Below the pieces are notes generated by a model. It made no database searches, was not told the DNA's origin, and worked only from the letters and a program-made list of their open reading frames with translations. Source: Eledone cirrhosa (Eukaryota). From it: a DNA stretch of 64,000 bases. The DNA lies in the NCBI GenBank assembly GCA_964016885.1, contig OZ024740.1, positions 413,664,001 to 413,728,000 of the forward strand, read 5' to 3'. Position 1 is the stretch's first letter. Every line of letters begins with the position of its first letter. The position numbers and the translations under genes were made by a program. Below are positions 14,033-28,051 of the stretch, in pieces.

Positions 14033-14491
14033 ATACTTGGGGAGGGTCATATTTGTGTAATATTGCCAGAATTAATAACAGAACACACTCAGTTTGGTTG
14101 GTTTTTGCTTTTCGCTTCAAATAAATATATAGACAGACTAAATAAAAATGGCGTAGACATACAATGCAACGGGAGGAAACAATAGCACCACTGACGTCGT
14201 TGCAGAAGTGCAACGAAAGATTTATGATAAACTATATATATGTGTTTGTGTCTATATTGTATCTGTATTATTTTTAACCGTTGGTCAGTCAATGGCAACA
14301 TTGAGGACCGAGTAAATTAGATTACCGATATAAAAGACACAGAAGCGAAAAGCAAAAACCAACCAAACAGTGAGTGTGTTCTGTTATTAATTCTGGCAAT
14401 ATTACACAAATATGACCCTCCCCAAGTATAACAATATTTGTTTCGACACACGATTTCATATAAAAAACCTCGCAAAACTAATTCATCGCCG

Positions 14492-14492
<1 letters not shown>
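14025..14492 (+). mobile_element. PLE pseudo-LTR with inverted 5' copy (foldback) and degenerate HHR
   Basis: 14025..14118 is inverted at 14342..14436; shares atgaccctccc(c/a)aagtataacaatat with the PLE at 20305..22182; CTGACGT-GTTGCA/TGCAAC-GAAA at ~14190..14228. Confidence 0.75.
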
Positions 14493-14521
<29 letters not shown>

Positions 14522-14526
<5 letters not shown>

Positions 14527-14637
14527 TTGGAAAAAAATGAAAACGAAATTTCATTTCTCACTCTTAGTATGGCACTTACTTAAATGTAAGTATGTATGTA
14601 TACGTACATACATATATGTATACAGACGTACAGTAGC

Positions 14638-14686
<49 letters not shown>

Positions 14687-15135
14687 TATACACATATGCA
14701 TACAGGTACACATACATATATGCACGCATCAGTTTAGCCGACGTTTATTATAACGCCTGCTTTGTTCGTTTGTTTGTCAACAAATCGAACAGCCTGAATT
14801 TATGCCATACGGTGTTAAGGCAACCACGTCACCTTTTTGTTCAACACTGACACAGGAACGATGTACTTGTTTCAAGCTTGTTAGCTATCATCAGCACCGT
14901 TTACCCATCTGCCAGATAGTTGAACGTTCGAAAGTATATATATCCTTATCAAAATTAACGGCTGAGCAGCCTAATTTGCATATTGAGTGAGTTAAATCGG
15001 TCAGGCATACCGAAAACGATAAGTTGAAAAAAAATGAAAACGAAATTTCATTTCTCACTCTTAGTATGGCACTTACTTAAATGTAAGTATGTATGTATAC
15101 GTCCATACATATATGTATACAGACGTACAGTAGCA

Positions 15136-15221
<86 letters not shown>

Positions 15222-16171
15222 TATACACATATGCATACAGGTACACATACATATATGCACGCATCAGTTTAGCCGACGTTTATTATAACGCCTGCTTTGT
15301 TCGTTTGTTTGTCAACAAATCGAACAGCCTGAATTTATGCCATACGGTGTTAAGGCAACCTTCGGTATGCCTGACCGATTTAACTCACTCAATATGCAAA
15401 TTAGGCTGCTCAGCCGTTAATTTTCATAAGGAAAGTATATACTTTCGAACGTTCAACTATCTGGCAGATGGGTAAACGGTGCTGATGATAGCTAACAAGC
15501 TTGAAACTACTACATCGTTCCTGTATCAGTGTTGAACAAAAAGGTGACGTAGTTGCCTTAACACCGTATGGCATAAATTCAGGCTGTTCGATCTGTTGAC
15601 AAACAAACGAACAAAGCAGGCGTTATAATAAACGTCGGCTAAACTGATGCGTGCATATATGTATGTGTACCTGTATGCATATGTGTATATATATATGTAT
15701 ATATATATATATATATATGCATGCTACTGTACGTCTGTATACATATATGTATGTACGTATACATACATACTTACATTTAAGTAAGTGCCATACTAAGAGT
15801 GAGAAATGAAATTTCGTTTTCATTTTTTTTCAACTTATCGTTTTCGGTATGCCTGACCGATTTAACTCACTCAATATGCAAATTAGGCTGCTCAGCCGTT
15901 AATTTTCATAAGGAAAGTATATACTTTCGAACGTTCAACTATCTGGCAGATGGGTAAACGGTGCTGATGATAGCTAACAAGCTTGAAACTAGTACATCGT
16001 TCCTGTGTCAGTGTTGAACAAAAAGGTGACGTGGTTGCCTTAACACCGTATGGCATAAATACAGGCTGTTCGATTTGTTGACAAACAAACGAACAAAGCA
16101 GGCGTTATAATAAACGTCGGCTAAACTGATGCGTGCATATATGTATGTGTACCTGTATGCATATGTGTATA

Positions 16172-16202
<31 letters not shown>

Positions 16203-16255
16203 GCATGCTACTGTACGTATGTATACATATATGTATGTACGTATACATACATACT

Positions 16256-16262
<7 letters not shown>
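14522..16262. repeat. Retrozyme-like HHR tandem array, family R1 (~480-bp monomer): ~1.7 minus-oriented then ~1.9 plus-oriented monomers
   Basis: Orientation flips at 15360/15361; HHRs at 14859..14899 (-), 15477..15517 (+) and 15959..15999 (+); period 482; flanked by (TA)n. Confidence 0.88.
15959..15999 (+). ncRNA. Minimal type I hammerhead ribozyme, intact
   Basis: CGGUG-CUGAUGA-U-AGCU(AACA)AGCU-U-GAAA-CUAG-UA-CAUCG; GUA cleavage triplet. Confidence 0.88.
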
Positions 16263-16290
<28 letters not shown>

Positions 16291-16295
<5 letters not shown>

Positions 16296-16403
16296 AATAA
16301 AATGAAAACGAAATTTCATTTCTCACTCTTAGTACGGCACTTACTTAAATGTAAATATGTATGTATACGTACATACATATATGTATACAGACGTACAGTA
16401 GCA

Positions 16404-16447
<44 letters not shown>

Positions 16448-16856
16448 CAGGTACACATACATATATGTACGCATCAGTTTAGCGGACGCTTATTATAGCG
16501 CCCGCTTTGTTCGTTTGTAAACAAGCCGTTAATTTTGATAAGGAAAGTATATGCTTTCGAACGTTCAACTATCTGGCAGATGGGTATACGGTGCTGATGA
16601 TAGCTAACAAGCTTGAAACTAGTACATCGTTCCTGTGTCAGTGTTGAACAAAAAGGTGACGTGGTTGCCTTAACACCGTGCGTCATAAATTCAGGCTGTT
16701 CAGTTTGTTTACAAACGAACAAAGCGGGCGTTATAATAAGCGTCCGCCAAACTGATGCGTACATATATGTATGTGTACCTGTATGTATATATATATGCAT
16801 GCTACTGTACGTCTGTATACATATATGTATGTACGTATACATACATACTTACATAT
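16291..16856. repeat. Second R1 insertion (inverted 5' part plus plus-oriented partial monomer)
   Basis: Minus segment 16291..~16524, plus segment to 16856; intact HHR 16589..16629; diagnostic substitutions differ from the neighbouring array. Confidence 0.85.
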
Positions 16857-16864
16857 ATATATAT

Positions 16865-17104
16865 AGAATTAGTATATTTACCAACATATGCGTACAGATA
16901 TATACTAATGCTTGCAAATACATAAGTTATGTTATAGTACCTAGGTGGTTCTATGCAGGGGGATGCAGAACAATTATATGAAAGACGTAAAATAAGAAAA
17001 TTTTAAAAATTAAAAATTAACTTACTTACTAAAATTGGAGTGAAAATTTTAGTAAATAAGTTAATTTTTAATTTTTAAAATTTTCTTATTTTACGTCTTT
17101 CATA
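16865..17104. repeat. PLE-type repeat fragment with short foldback
   Basis: 16976..17036 is inverted at 17045..17104; homologous to 27097..27370. Confidence 0.7.
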
Positions 17105-17121
17105 TATATATATATATATAT

Positions 17122-17400
17122 AGATGAGATTCTACAAGAGTAGAACTGTTTCATTCTTTACAAATCATCAGGAATCTGGGTATCAAAAAATAAATATGGT
17201 ATTTATAGGTCTCTGCAGGTGGTAGGAGAGGGTGGGGAGTTGGGATGGGTAGAGGTCATTGGTTGATAGAAAAGGGAATTCATTAAAAGCTAATTCTTTA
17301 AAGCTATAATTTATATTTAGAGTAACAAAGGCAGAAAAAATTCTATAAACAAATTCAGAATGGGGTGCCACTCCTTATTTTTAAGTTTCTCTTAAGCTAT
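17122..17400 (-). mobile_element. PLE-type terminal repeat with HHR core
   Basis: CTGATGA-TTTGTAAAGAAT-GAAACAGTTC on the minus strand; near-identical inverted copy at 23280..23525. Confidence 0.6.
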
Positions 17401-17429
17401 ATTCCAAGTGTCAACAGACACATTCACAA

Positions 17430-17460
<31 letters not shown>

Positions 17461-17487
17461 ATACCCCCCCCACCCCACCCCACCTCA

Positions 17488-17542
<55 letters not shown>

Positions 17543-17545
<3 letters not shown>

Positions 17546-17868
17546 CACAAAAACAAGATGGCGTAGGACAGAACAACGGAGAGGCACAAAAAACAAAGAA
17601 AAGAATCCCCAGTCACTGAAGAGGTCACAGAATGTGTGACGAAAGAACTTTGACAATATATAAACAACCATCTGCTTGTGGAACCAACCAACCACCGGAA
17701 ATTTATAAATTCCTAAATTTATAAATGTATCATAATAAATTGAAGTGAAAGCACTGGTGCGTGTTTTTCTTATTGGCAACATGACCCTCCCAAAGTATAA
17801 CAATATCGGTTTCAACACACGATTTCAGATAAAGAATCTTGCTAAACAAATTCGGAAACGAAATGTTA
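17543..17868 (+). mobile_element. Solo Penelope pseudo-LTR
   Basis: Near-identical to the reverse complement of 20305..20615; flanked by TA microsatellites; includes putative ORF start MTLPKYNNI. Confidence 0.85.
17612..17654 (+). ncRNA. Minimal type I hammerhead ribozyme in PLE pLTR
   Basis: GUCA-CUGAAGA-G-GUCACA(GAAUG)UGUGAC-GAAA-GAAC-UU-UGAC. Confidence 0.75.
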
Positions 17869-18142
17869 TATACATACACATATATATATACATACACATA
17901 TATATATATATACACATACATATATACATACACACACACATACATATATATACACACACACACATATACACACATACACATATATATACATACATATACA
18001 TATATACATACATATATACATATATATATATACATATATATATGTATATATACATATATATATGTATATATACATATATACGTATATATATACATATATA
18101 CGTATATATATATGTATATATATGTATATATATATGTATATA

Positions 18143-18183
<41 letters not shown>

Positions 18184-18188
18184 ATTTA

Positions 18189-19013
18189 TACAGGTTAATA
18201 TAAATTAATATATTTGATAAACACAAATACCGACATATTCATGTTTGTATTGTAAATGACCAAGTTAGCTAGATTGAAATATACTAATAATAATATTACA
18301 GTTTGCCTATCTTGACTTAAGATAATAAATCAACAAAAACAAATTGTATTGGCAATGGCCGTAGTGCTTGGACAAATTTAAATTTCAAAATCAAACCTGT
18401 TCCGTAGACAGGTTTAAACCTTAAAATCCAAATATGTTTCGAATAATAAAAAAGTGGAAGAAATACCGCATTTTGATCTCCTCAGCAAGCACTATAAAAA
18501 TTGGTATGTTCCACTTCAAAATATTTAGAAAGACTGTTTAGCGCACGAGGTAATTTCACGCGGTTATCCAGTGTCTAGCTAGTCACATACTCGTGCTGCT
18601 AGAAATAACAGGCGTTTGTATTGGGCTAAAATCAGCTCAACGAAGGAGCAGTGATAAATCTATAATAATGAGTTCAAATCTCAGGCAGTCTTTTACAATG
18701 AAATAGCTCAAAGAAAGAGTATTTCTGAGCCGTGTAATACAGGTTAATATAAATTAATATATTTGATAAACACAAATACCAACATATTCATGTTTGTATT
18801 GTAAATGACCAAGTTAGCTAGATTGAAATATACTAATAATAATAGTACAGTTTTCCTATATTGACTTAAGATAATAAATCAACAAAAACAAATTGTATTG
18901 GCAATGGCCGTAGTGCTTGGACAAATTTAAATTTCAAAATCAAACCTGTTCCGTAGACAGGTTTAAACCTTAAAATCCAAATATGTTTCGAAGAATGAAA
19001 AAGTGGAAGAAAT
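18189..19013. repeat. 1.5-copy tandem repeat, 549-bp period, between TA microsatellites
   Basis: tacaggttaatataaattaat... at 18189 and 18738; second copy ends at ...gtggaagaaata. Confidence 0.88.
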
Positions 19014-19086
19014 ATGTATATATATACATATATATACATATATATATATATATGTATATATATGTATATATATACATATATATACA

Positions 19087-19118
<32 letters not shown>

Positions 19119-19119
19119 C

Positions 19120-19205
<86 letters not shown>

Positions 19206-20043
19206 GTATATATACACACACACATACATCCACGCATACATATACATACATATACACACACATATATACATATACGCACATATACACACACATATATATA
19301 TATATAAATATATATAAATGAAAAGTATAGAAATTGTTGTAGCGAGAAGCTAACAGTATTCCATAACATATATGTGGCTATAGCGTCAAAATGGGAAAAT
19401 AGTTAACATAAGATATGGGAAAAATAATTCAGTCTCAATTCAAAAGGAATCAGGATATAGATTTATCCAACAGAATTTAGAGAAATCCAGGGAAAAATCA
19501 ATAGAGCCTTAACTCATGATAAAACAAAGACTAAAGTACTCAACCTTCAATTTGGGACAACCTCAAATGCTCTGTATAGTCTTGAAAAGACTATTTCATA
19601 AAAACTTTCAGTGGAGATGGTCACGTTTGGATTTCGTTTGTCAGCAGAGCTCAACATGGTAACCATGGTCTCACTGGTAATATGCCAAAAAGGGAATTTA
19701 AAAGCAGGTTAGTTTAACATCATGCGTGGTTATTAAATTAAACGCACATGTGGAAAAACGGGGCTGGTGACGTCAGAATGAGACACATGTTTGTTTACAT
19801 GAAACAACAATCAAAAACATTCCGAAAGAAAACTCTACAAAAGAAGTTCAGCAAAAAGCAATATGATCGCGGTCTTTTTTTTTTAAATATATATATGAGC
19901 TCAGCCGTCGGGGTCTTACTTACTCCTATTACCCACTCTACTACCCTAAGTATTGAGTACTTTGGTGCGTTATGGTTCACCTGGTTCCTTACCACTTTTC
20001 CTTCGCTATATATATATATATACAGACATACATATACATATAT

Positions 20044-20120
<77 letters not shown>

Positions 20121-20241
20121 CACACATATACACATATACACATACACACACATATACACACATACACATACACATACATATATATACAAACATATACACA
20201 TACACATACACATACATATATATACAAACATATACACACAT

Positions 20242-20304
<63 letters not shown>

Positions 20305-22176
20305 TTTCGTTTCTGAATTTGTTTAGCAAGAATCTTTATCTAAAAACGTGTGTTGAAACCGATATTGTTATACTTTGGGAGGGTCATGTTGCCAATAAGA
20401 AACACACGCACCAGATGCTTTCACTTCAATTTATTATAAATTAAATTTATAAATTTAGGAATTTATAAATGTCCGGTTGGTTGGTTGGTTCCACAACCAG
20501 ACGATTGTTCATATATTGTCAAAGTTCTTTCGTCACACATTCTGTGACCTTTAGTAACTGGGGATTCTTTTTTTTGTGCCTTTCCTTTGTTCTGTCCTAC
20601 GCCATCTTGTTTTGTGTGTGTTGTATGCTTTGTTTGCGCATGTGTTACATCCGGGTGTCTGTGTGTGTTTATATATGTTTATTTATTTGTTTATTTACAT
20701 GTTACTGGTTGGTAGTTTGTTCTATGTGTGTGTGTTTTCATGTTGTCCTTAATTGTAAGTTGTGATGTTGCTATTCCATTCATGCCTTCTATTTAATCTT
20801 GGTTCGAGTTCATTTATGTTTATTGCCTCTGTGATTTGTCTAAACATTGCCTCTTTTCTGTGAGTAGATTCTATTTTTATTTATATGTTTTTTTAATTTA
20901 CCCTTATGTTCTATTTTAGCATGTTTATAGAGTACAGATGATTCTTTACTATCTTGAATACTCGCCAGTGTTCATTTATCCCTTCTCCTATACTACGAGC
21001 TGTCTCACCTATGTACACTATATTCTTATCTCTACATTGTCCTTCAGTACATCTTATGCTATATACTACATTTCTAGTTTTACAGTTAACATGGGGGCTT
21101 AGTTTACAGATTATACATTTCTTATCTATACAGGGAGGTCTTTGAAAAGGGTATGTATTGCTAATAAGTGTTTTTATGGAGGTACCTTGTCTTTCTACTA
21201 TCTTAATATTGAGTTTATGTTTATCTAGGGCCCTTCTGAATTTGTAAGCTAATTCACCTCTAGAGGTTGTATTGATACACATTACACTCTGGTATTTATT
21301 GCTATCATACCATGAGTTTATTCTATTAACCTTATTCCTAATTCGTTCTATTCTATTCCAAAATTTGCTCCTATACAAGGGGCAGGTCCCATTTGTATCA
21401 TTATTTACCATTTTTCCCATTTGGTTCTGGGTCCTCTATATTCTCTGATTTTATCTCGCTGATTGTAACCAGAGAACTGCATACGGTGGATGAAGTGTTG
21501 TATGTGTCTCTCTAGTTCTTCGGGGTTGCACATGCGGGACACATTTCTCATCACCCGTACCAAATCCGCAATCAGTATGTTGATTTTGGTGTGGTCCGAA
21601 ACAGCTGAGTTTCGGTGAATCAGATATTTAGAAGTCATGGGTTTAGCATAATGGGAATGGAGGATTTGTTTTTTGTTATTGGTAGTATCTAACCAGAGCT
21701 CTATGTCTAGTACAGGTAATCGATGGTTGGGGTGTTCGCTTGGGTAGTCTATAGTAATTCTAATACTCTGGTGGATGGAGTTAGCTATTTGCTGGATACT
21801 TTCCATGGTGGTTTTCTCTAATCCCTGACTGTTCTCTCGTTGGGGGCGTTTTACTACGATGTTTATATCATCAACGTAGCGGGAGTACATTATCAGGGTT
21901 AAGACGTAGCTGTCTTCTAATTGTTCTTTAAGTTTAAGTTTAAGTCTATTGTCCCACCATACCATGAATAGGTTAGCTATATCACCGGCAATGCTAAACC
22001 AATGGCTGCTCCCTCCTCTTGGGCATATGTTTTTCCATTAAATTTGAATATATGTTAAATTTGAACCAACCGGAAATTTATAAATTCCTAAATTTATAAA
22101 TTTAATTTATAATAAATTGAAGTGAAACAAATAGGTGCGTGTGTTTCTTATTGGCAACATGACCCTCCCAAAGTAT

Positions 22177-22182
<6 letters not shown>
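20305..22182 (-). mobile_element. Penelope-like element, 5'-truncated, with 3' pLTR and inverted pLTR piece at the 5' end
   Basis: RT and GIY-YIG ORF pieces; pLTR 20305..~20760 (-); inverted pLTR piece 22060..22182 (+); (TA)n both sides. Confidence 0.9.
20790..22040 (-). pseudogene. PLE reverse transcriptase + GIY-YIG endonuclease, frameshifted
   Basis: YSRYVDDI, LPVLDIEL, YAKPM (21405..21965); CIDKKCIIC, VVYSIRC...VYIGETARS (20911..21420). Confidence 0.9.
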
Positions 22183-22271
<89 letters not shown>

Positions 22272-22432
22272 TATATATATATATGTATATATCTATGTAT
22301 ATATGTATATGTATGTATATATATGTGTGTGTATGTTTTGTGTGTATATGTGTGGGTGTGTATATATATGTATGAGTGTGTGTGTGTATGTATGTATATA
22401 TGTATGTGTATATATATAAGTGTATGTATATA

Positions 22433-22485
<53 letters not shown>

Positions 22486-22564
22486 GTATGTATATATATA
22501 TATGTGTGTGTGTATATATATATGTATATGTGTGCATATATATATATATGTATGTATGTGTATG

Positions 22565-22597
<33 letters not shown>

Positions 22598-22847
22598 ATA
22601 TATATATGTATGGGTGTGTGTATGTATATATATATATATGTGTGTATATATATATATATATTTATATGTATATATGTATGTATATATATGTATATATGTA
22701 TATGTGTGTATATATGTATATGTGTATATGTATATGTGTGTATATATATGTGTATGTGTGTGTATGTACGTATGTATGTATATATATGTATAGGTGTATG
22801 TACGTGTGTATGTATATGTATACGTATGTATATGTATATGTATGTGT

Positions 22848-22891
<44 letters not shown>

Positions 22892-22933
22892 ACACATACA
22901 TATACATACACATACATATACATACACATATTC

Positions 22934-23041
<108 letters not shown>

Positions 23042-23074
23042 CGTGTGCGTGTGTGTGTGTGGGTGTGGGTGTGG

Positions 23075-23114
<40 letters not shown>

Positions 23115-23118
23115 GTGT

Positions 23119-23192
<74 letters not shown>

Positions 23193-23279
23193 GTGTGCGC
23201 GTGTGTGTGCGCGTGAATGTGTCTGATGACACTTGATATATAGTTTAAGAGAAACTTGAAGATAATAGTATGATAGGCA

Positions 23280-23600
23280 CCCCATTCTGAATTTGTTTAT
23301 ACAATTGTTTCTGCCTTTGTTACTCTAAATATAAATTATAGCTTTAAAGAATTAGGTTTTAATGAATTCCCTTTTCTATCAACCAATGACCTCTACCCAT
23401 CCCACACCCCACCCTCTCCTACCACCTGAAGAGACCTATAAATACCATATTTATTTGTTGATACCCAGATTCCAGATGATTTCTAAAGAATGAAACAGTT
23501 CTAGTCCTGTAGAATCTCATCTATATTAAAACTTTTATACTCTGCTATGTATTGAGTACCTTGCTTACTGTGGTTACCTCTGACTCCCTTTTGCCTCCCG
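23280..23600 (+). mobile_element. PLE-type terminal repeat (HHR core mutated to CAGATGA)
   Basis: Homologous to 17122..17400 and 11105..11240. Confidence 0.55.
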
Positions 23601-23935
23601 TTAGACCTGTGCGAAATTCCTTCCTTGCTCACATTTCAACCAGGTTTGATGGTCTTTATTCTCTCGTTCACGATTCCACCGAATTTATATTCATAGAAAT
23701 CTGGGACTTGTTTCCTTCCTCCTCTCTTTCTGCTGCTTAAACCATTTTGTTTGTTTACCCTAGCGTCCCCTTTATTTACGTGTCCCAACGACTTTTTTTT
23801 TAGCCGTTGCTCGCACCAACCTGAGGTATATGGCCTTTAATGCGACGAAATGCCTACGACGGTTGGATGGCCACTGATGAGGACAAACTTTTTCATATGT
23901 AACCCATTTGCAGCGCCGCAGCTCCATTATTATCA

Positions 23936-24010
<75 letters not shown>

Positions 24011-24127
24011 GATATCCAATGATTAAAAAGCCTCCAAAATGCATAACAAGAAATTAGGCTTTTTAAAGAATTGAAATAATTATATTATCACAAAGCGTTG
24101 GGAAAATGCCTTAGAACACAATTTATA

Positions 24128-24670
24128 TACGAGGTGTGTCAGAAAAGGAACAGGACTGGCTGCGCAAAAGAAATAAAAAGTATTTCAAAACAAAAATAAA
24201 AAACTACAAGTTTTCCCCTTCAAAATATCCCCCTAGAGTCTAATACACTTTCCCATCCCTCTCCTCCACGCCTCCGTACCCTCCCGGGATGACTCTCTTT
24301 TGGTTCTCCACAACTGCCTTATCACGGACCTCATGTTGATTTCCAAATCTGGAAAACAGTTGAAACTCGAAGATCTATGACTCTTCCTGCATGCCTGGTT
24401 CAGTTTCAAGTTACTCGAGGATGCCCTGACACACCACCTGCATGCCGCACTCTATCTGCCATCGGCACCATCTTTACTCAGATCTGCTTGTCCAATTATT
24501 TAGTGATAATCTTCCAAACACTGTCACTGTTAATACACACCGCACTTACAATCAATCGAACAGTCAGCTGATGATCCCCACGCATTACTTACCTTACACA
24601 CCCAACTTTGATCTTAGGCCTGCTCGTTGAAAGTCTTCTGGTCCTGGAGTCGTCTTCCACCTATGTGAAT
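24128..24670 (-). mobile_element. Tc1/mariner relic
   Basis: TA-CGAGGTGTGTCAGAAAAG terminus; minus strand gives WE.CI.L.G.YFEG-like transposase C-terminus. Confidence 0.55.
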
Positions 24671-24827
24671 ATGTTAAGGATAAGACTCTTTTTGGTCAGG
24701 AATGACCATAGGATTTCCAGTATAAAGTTTCCCTCCTTGCCACAAGTCCGACAAGGTTGTTTGTGGAGGACCATCAGTCGCCCATGCATACCTGACTCCC
24801 TCCCCTCCTCTCCACCGATGTTGTCCC

Positions 24828-24962
24828 AACACAGCTGAGTGAACTGGAGCAACGTGAAATAAAGTGTCTTGCTCAAGAACACAAAGTAAAGCCCAGTCCG
24901 GGAATCAAACTCACGAACTCACGATTTTAAGCCCGACGCTCTAATTACTAAACCATGCGACT
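24828..24962 (-). mobile_element. tRNA-derived SINE fragment
   Basis: Minus strand reads tggtttagtaattag (A box), gtttgattccc (B box), then core cttgagcaagacactttatttcacgttgctccagttcactcagctg. Confidence 0.75.
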
Positions 24963-24963
24963 T

Positions 24964-25072
<109 letters not shown>

Positions 25073-25191
25073 CTCCCCCTACACTCATACTAACACTTTG
25101 TGCTGCACTCTTCGTCATTGTTTTTGTTTTCTGTTTTAACTTACATATATATATATGTGTGTGTGTGTGTGGGCGCGCATGTGTGTGTTAA

Positions 25192-25440
25192 AGAGCGTGG
25201 CTTAGTGGTTAGGGAGTTGTTTTCCCTATTTTAAGATTATGTGTTCGATTCCCTGACGGGCGGATGCGTTGTCACCTTGAGCAGCACTTTATTTCACGTT
25301 GCTCCAGTTCATTCAACTTCAGAAATGAATTGCGACGTCATTGGGGTCAAGCTGTATCGTTCATTGCCTTTCCCTTGGACAACATCACTGCGATGGAGAA
25401 GGGAGAGTATATATGCGGATATATTTGTGTAAATGTATAT
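25192..25440 (+). mobile_element. tRNA-derived SINE
   Basis: tggcttagtggttag (A box), gttcgattccc (B box), same core as the 24828..24962 copy. Confidence 0.8.
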
Positions 25441-26469
25441 GAATGTGCATTTCTGATATAATAATAAATGAATTATACTTCTTGCAAATGATAAGTATGT
25501 GCCAGACCCAGAAATACAATACTCTGAGATGAAGATGGAGACACAACCCTCTATTCTATACCCATTAAGCTGAATATCAATCCATATCTGGGAATTTAAA
25601 CCGGGGAATATGCAACACACCTTCAGCAGCCTTCGAACGTATCAAATTCGGTGTCTTATAAATGGCAGGCTTGATTTTAGTTATTATATATTTATATGTC
25701 TTCCAATGTAATCTCAAGTAAAAAATATTAATTTCAATGAGTAAATTCAACCACCTAAGAAGTTGAGATAAGAGAATATCTTTATTTCACCTAAACCATC
25801 TTCCATATATATTTCTTATATTCATTAAGTTAGTTTTCTACCTATATTCGCCTATAAATTCTCATAAATGGAAGGAAATATATTTAATACACAGCAGCTG
25901 TTTTTCTTTTTCCAATAATTCACGAATTCATTCAATTAGAAGTGATAATGAAAATATACCGTTAAGAAAATCTATTAAATTTAAATTTGAATTTTACATC
26001 CTGAAAAATATAATGCAGAGGAAAAAATTCCCCAAGGTTTGTAAATATTTGGTTGAAAAATAAAATTCATATATTAACGATGATAGTTTTAACACTGTCA
26101 ACAATATACAGTGCTGCTATAGACATATACAAAAGCAATACTATTCAGAAGAAAGAATGAACTTCTACCAAAGGAATACCTAGGGAAAATTATTGGAATG
26201 TGTTGGTGAAATACGAGAAATATCGTCAAAGTATGTGCGTGTGAGAGCGCATGCGTGAGTATACGTATGTATACGCATGTATATATCTGGAAGTTCCCCA
26301 AATAGTACGGGAAAATAAGGTGGAAGAAAAAACAGACAATTGCACAGCGTGGGAAGTAAAGTACAGTACACAAGAGATTAAAATCGAAGACATGTGGTGT
26401 GCAAAAATATTTCAGATTGTGTACAATGAAAATGTTTACACTGCAAGAATATACAAAGAAAGGATTGCC

Positions 26470-26540
<71 letters not shown>

Positions 26541-26699
26541 TCTCTCTCACTATATATATATATATATATATGTGTGTGTATGGGTGTGTGTGTGGGTGGG
26601 TGTGAGTGTGTGTCTGATGGTAGCTAAGATGATTACATAGGTGGTATGCCGGTTGAGCACTCTATGCTCTTACAGAGCAGAGTATGATATAATAGAAAA

Positions 26700-27037
26700 C
26701 GAAAAATCAGTGATGCATCTGAACTCAATTTATTGTGTGTTACAATTGTTTCGGCGGCGGACAGCTCGAGACACGACCATTATGTGGATCTGTGTGATTC
26801 TGGACCCGCAGGTTCGACGGACACGTCTAATGATTTCGGAGCATATTGTCTCACTGGACACGCGAAGAAGGTGAGGTTTTTTACGGTACTGGCCCAGAGG
26901 GTCAGATACCCCAGTGAGAGTGAGAGAATATGCTCCGAAATCATTAGATCCACACAATGATCACGTCTCCAGCTGTCCGCCGGCGAAACAATTGTAACAC
27001 CCAATAAATTGAGTTCAAATGCATCACTGATTTTTCG
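26700..27037. repeat. Foldback element with interrupted inverted arms ending in GAAACAATTGTA...AATAAA
   Basis: 26700..26790 and 26826..26856 are inverted at 26912..27037. Confidence 0.85.
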
Positions 27038-27044
27038 ATTTATA

Positions 27045-27096
<52 letters not shown>

Positions 27097-27100
<4 letters not shown>

Positions 27101-27370
27101 AATTAGTATATCTACTAACATATATATACAGATGCATACCTATGCCAGCAAATATATAGGTTTTGTCTCAGTAACTTTGTGGTTCAATGCATGGGGATGC
27201 AGAACAATAATATGAAAGACGTAACATAATAAAATTATAAAAATGAATTTACTTACTAAAATTTCACTCCAACTAATTAGTTTCTGAAAGGGAATAAACA
27301 TGGTTTCCGAAGAAACGTACGGAGAAGTCCTTTCGTCATCAGGGAAGTCTATTCTCAGCTAAGTTTCCAG
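27097..27370 (-). mobile_element. PLE-type terminal repeat with degenerate long-stem-II HHR
   Basis: Minus: CTGATGA-CGAAAGG...CCTTTCA-GAAACTAATT; homologous to 16865..17045. Confidence 0.5.
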
Positions 27371-27371
27371 G

Positions 27372-28046
<675 letters not shown>

Positions 28047-28051
<5 letters not shown>

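Noticed and set aside
23220-23265. CTGATGA...GAAACTTGAA hammerhead
   Set aside because: Core is present but there is no NUH triplet or stem I pairing; at most a decayed relic
25192-25265. tRNA gene
   Set aside because: A and B boxes are present but there is no cloverleaf, and the sequence continues into a SINE core
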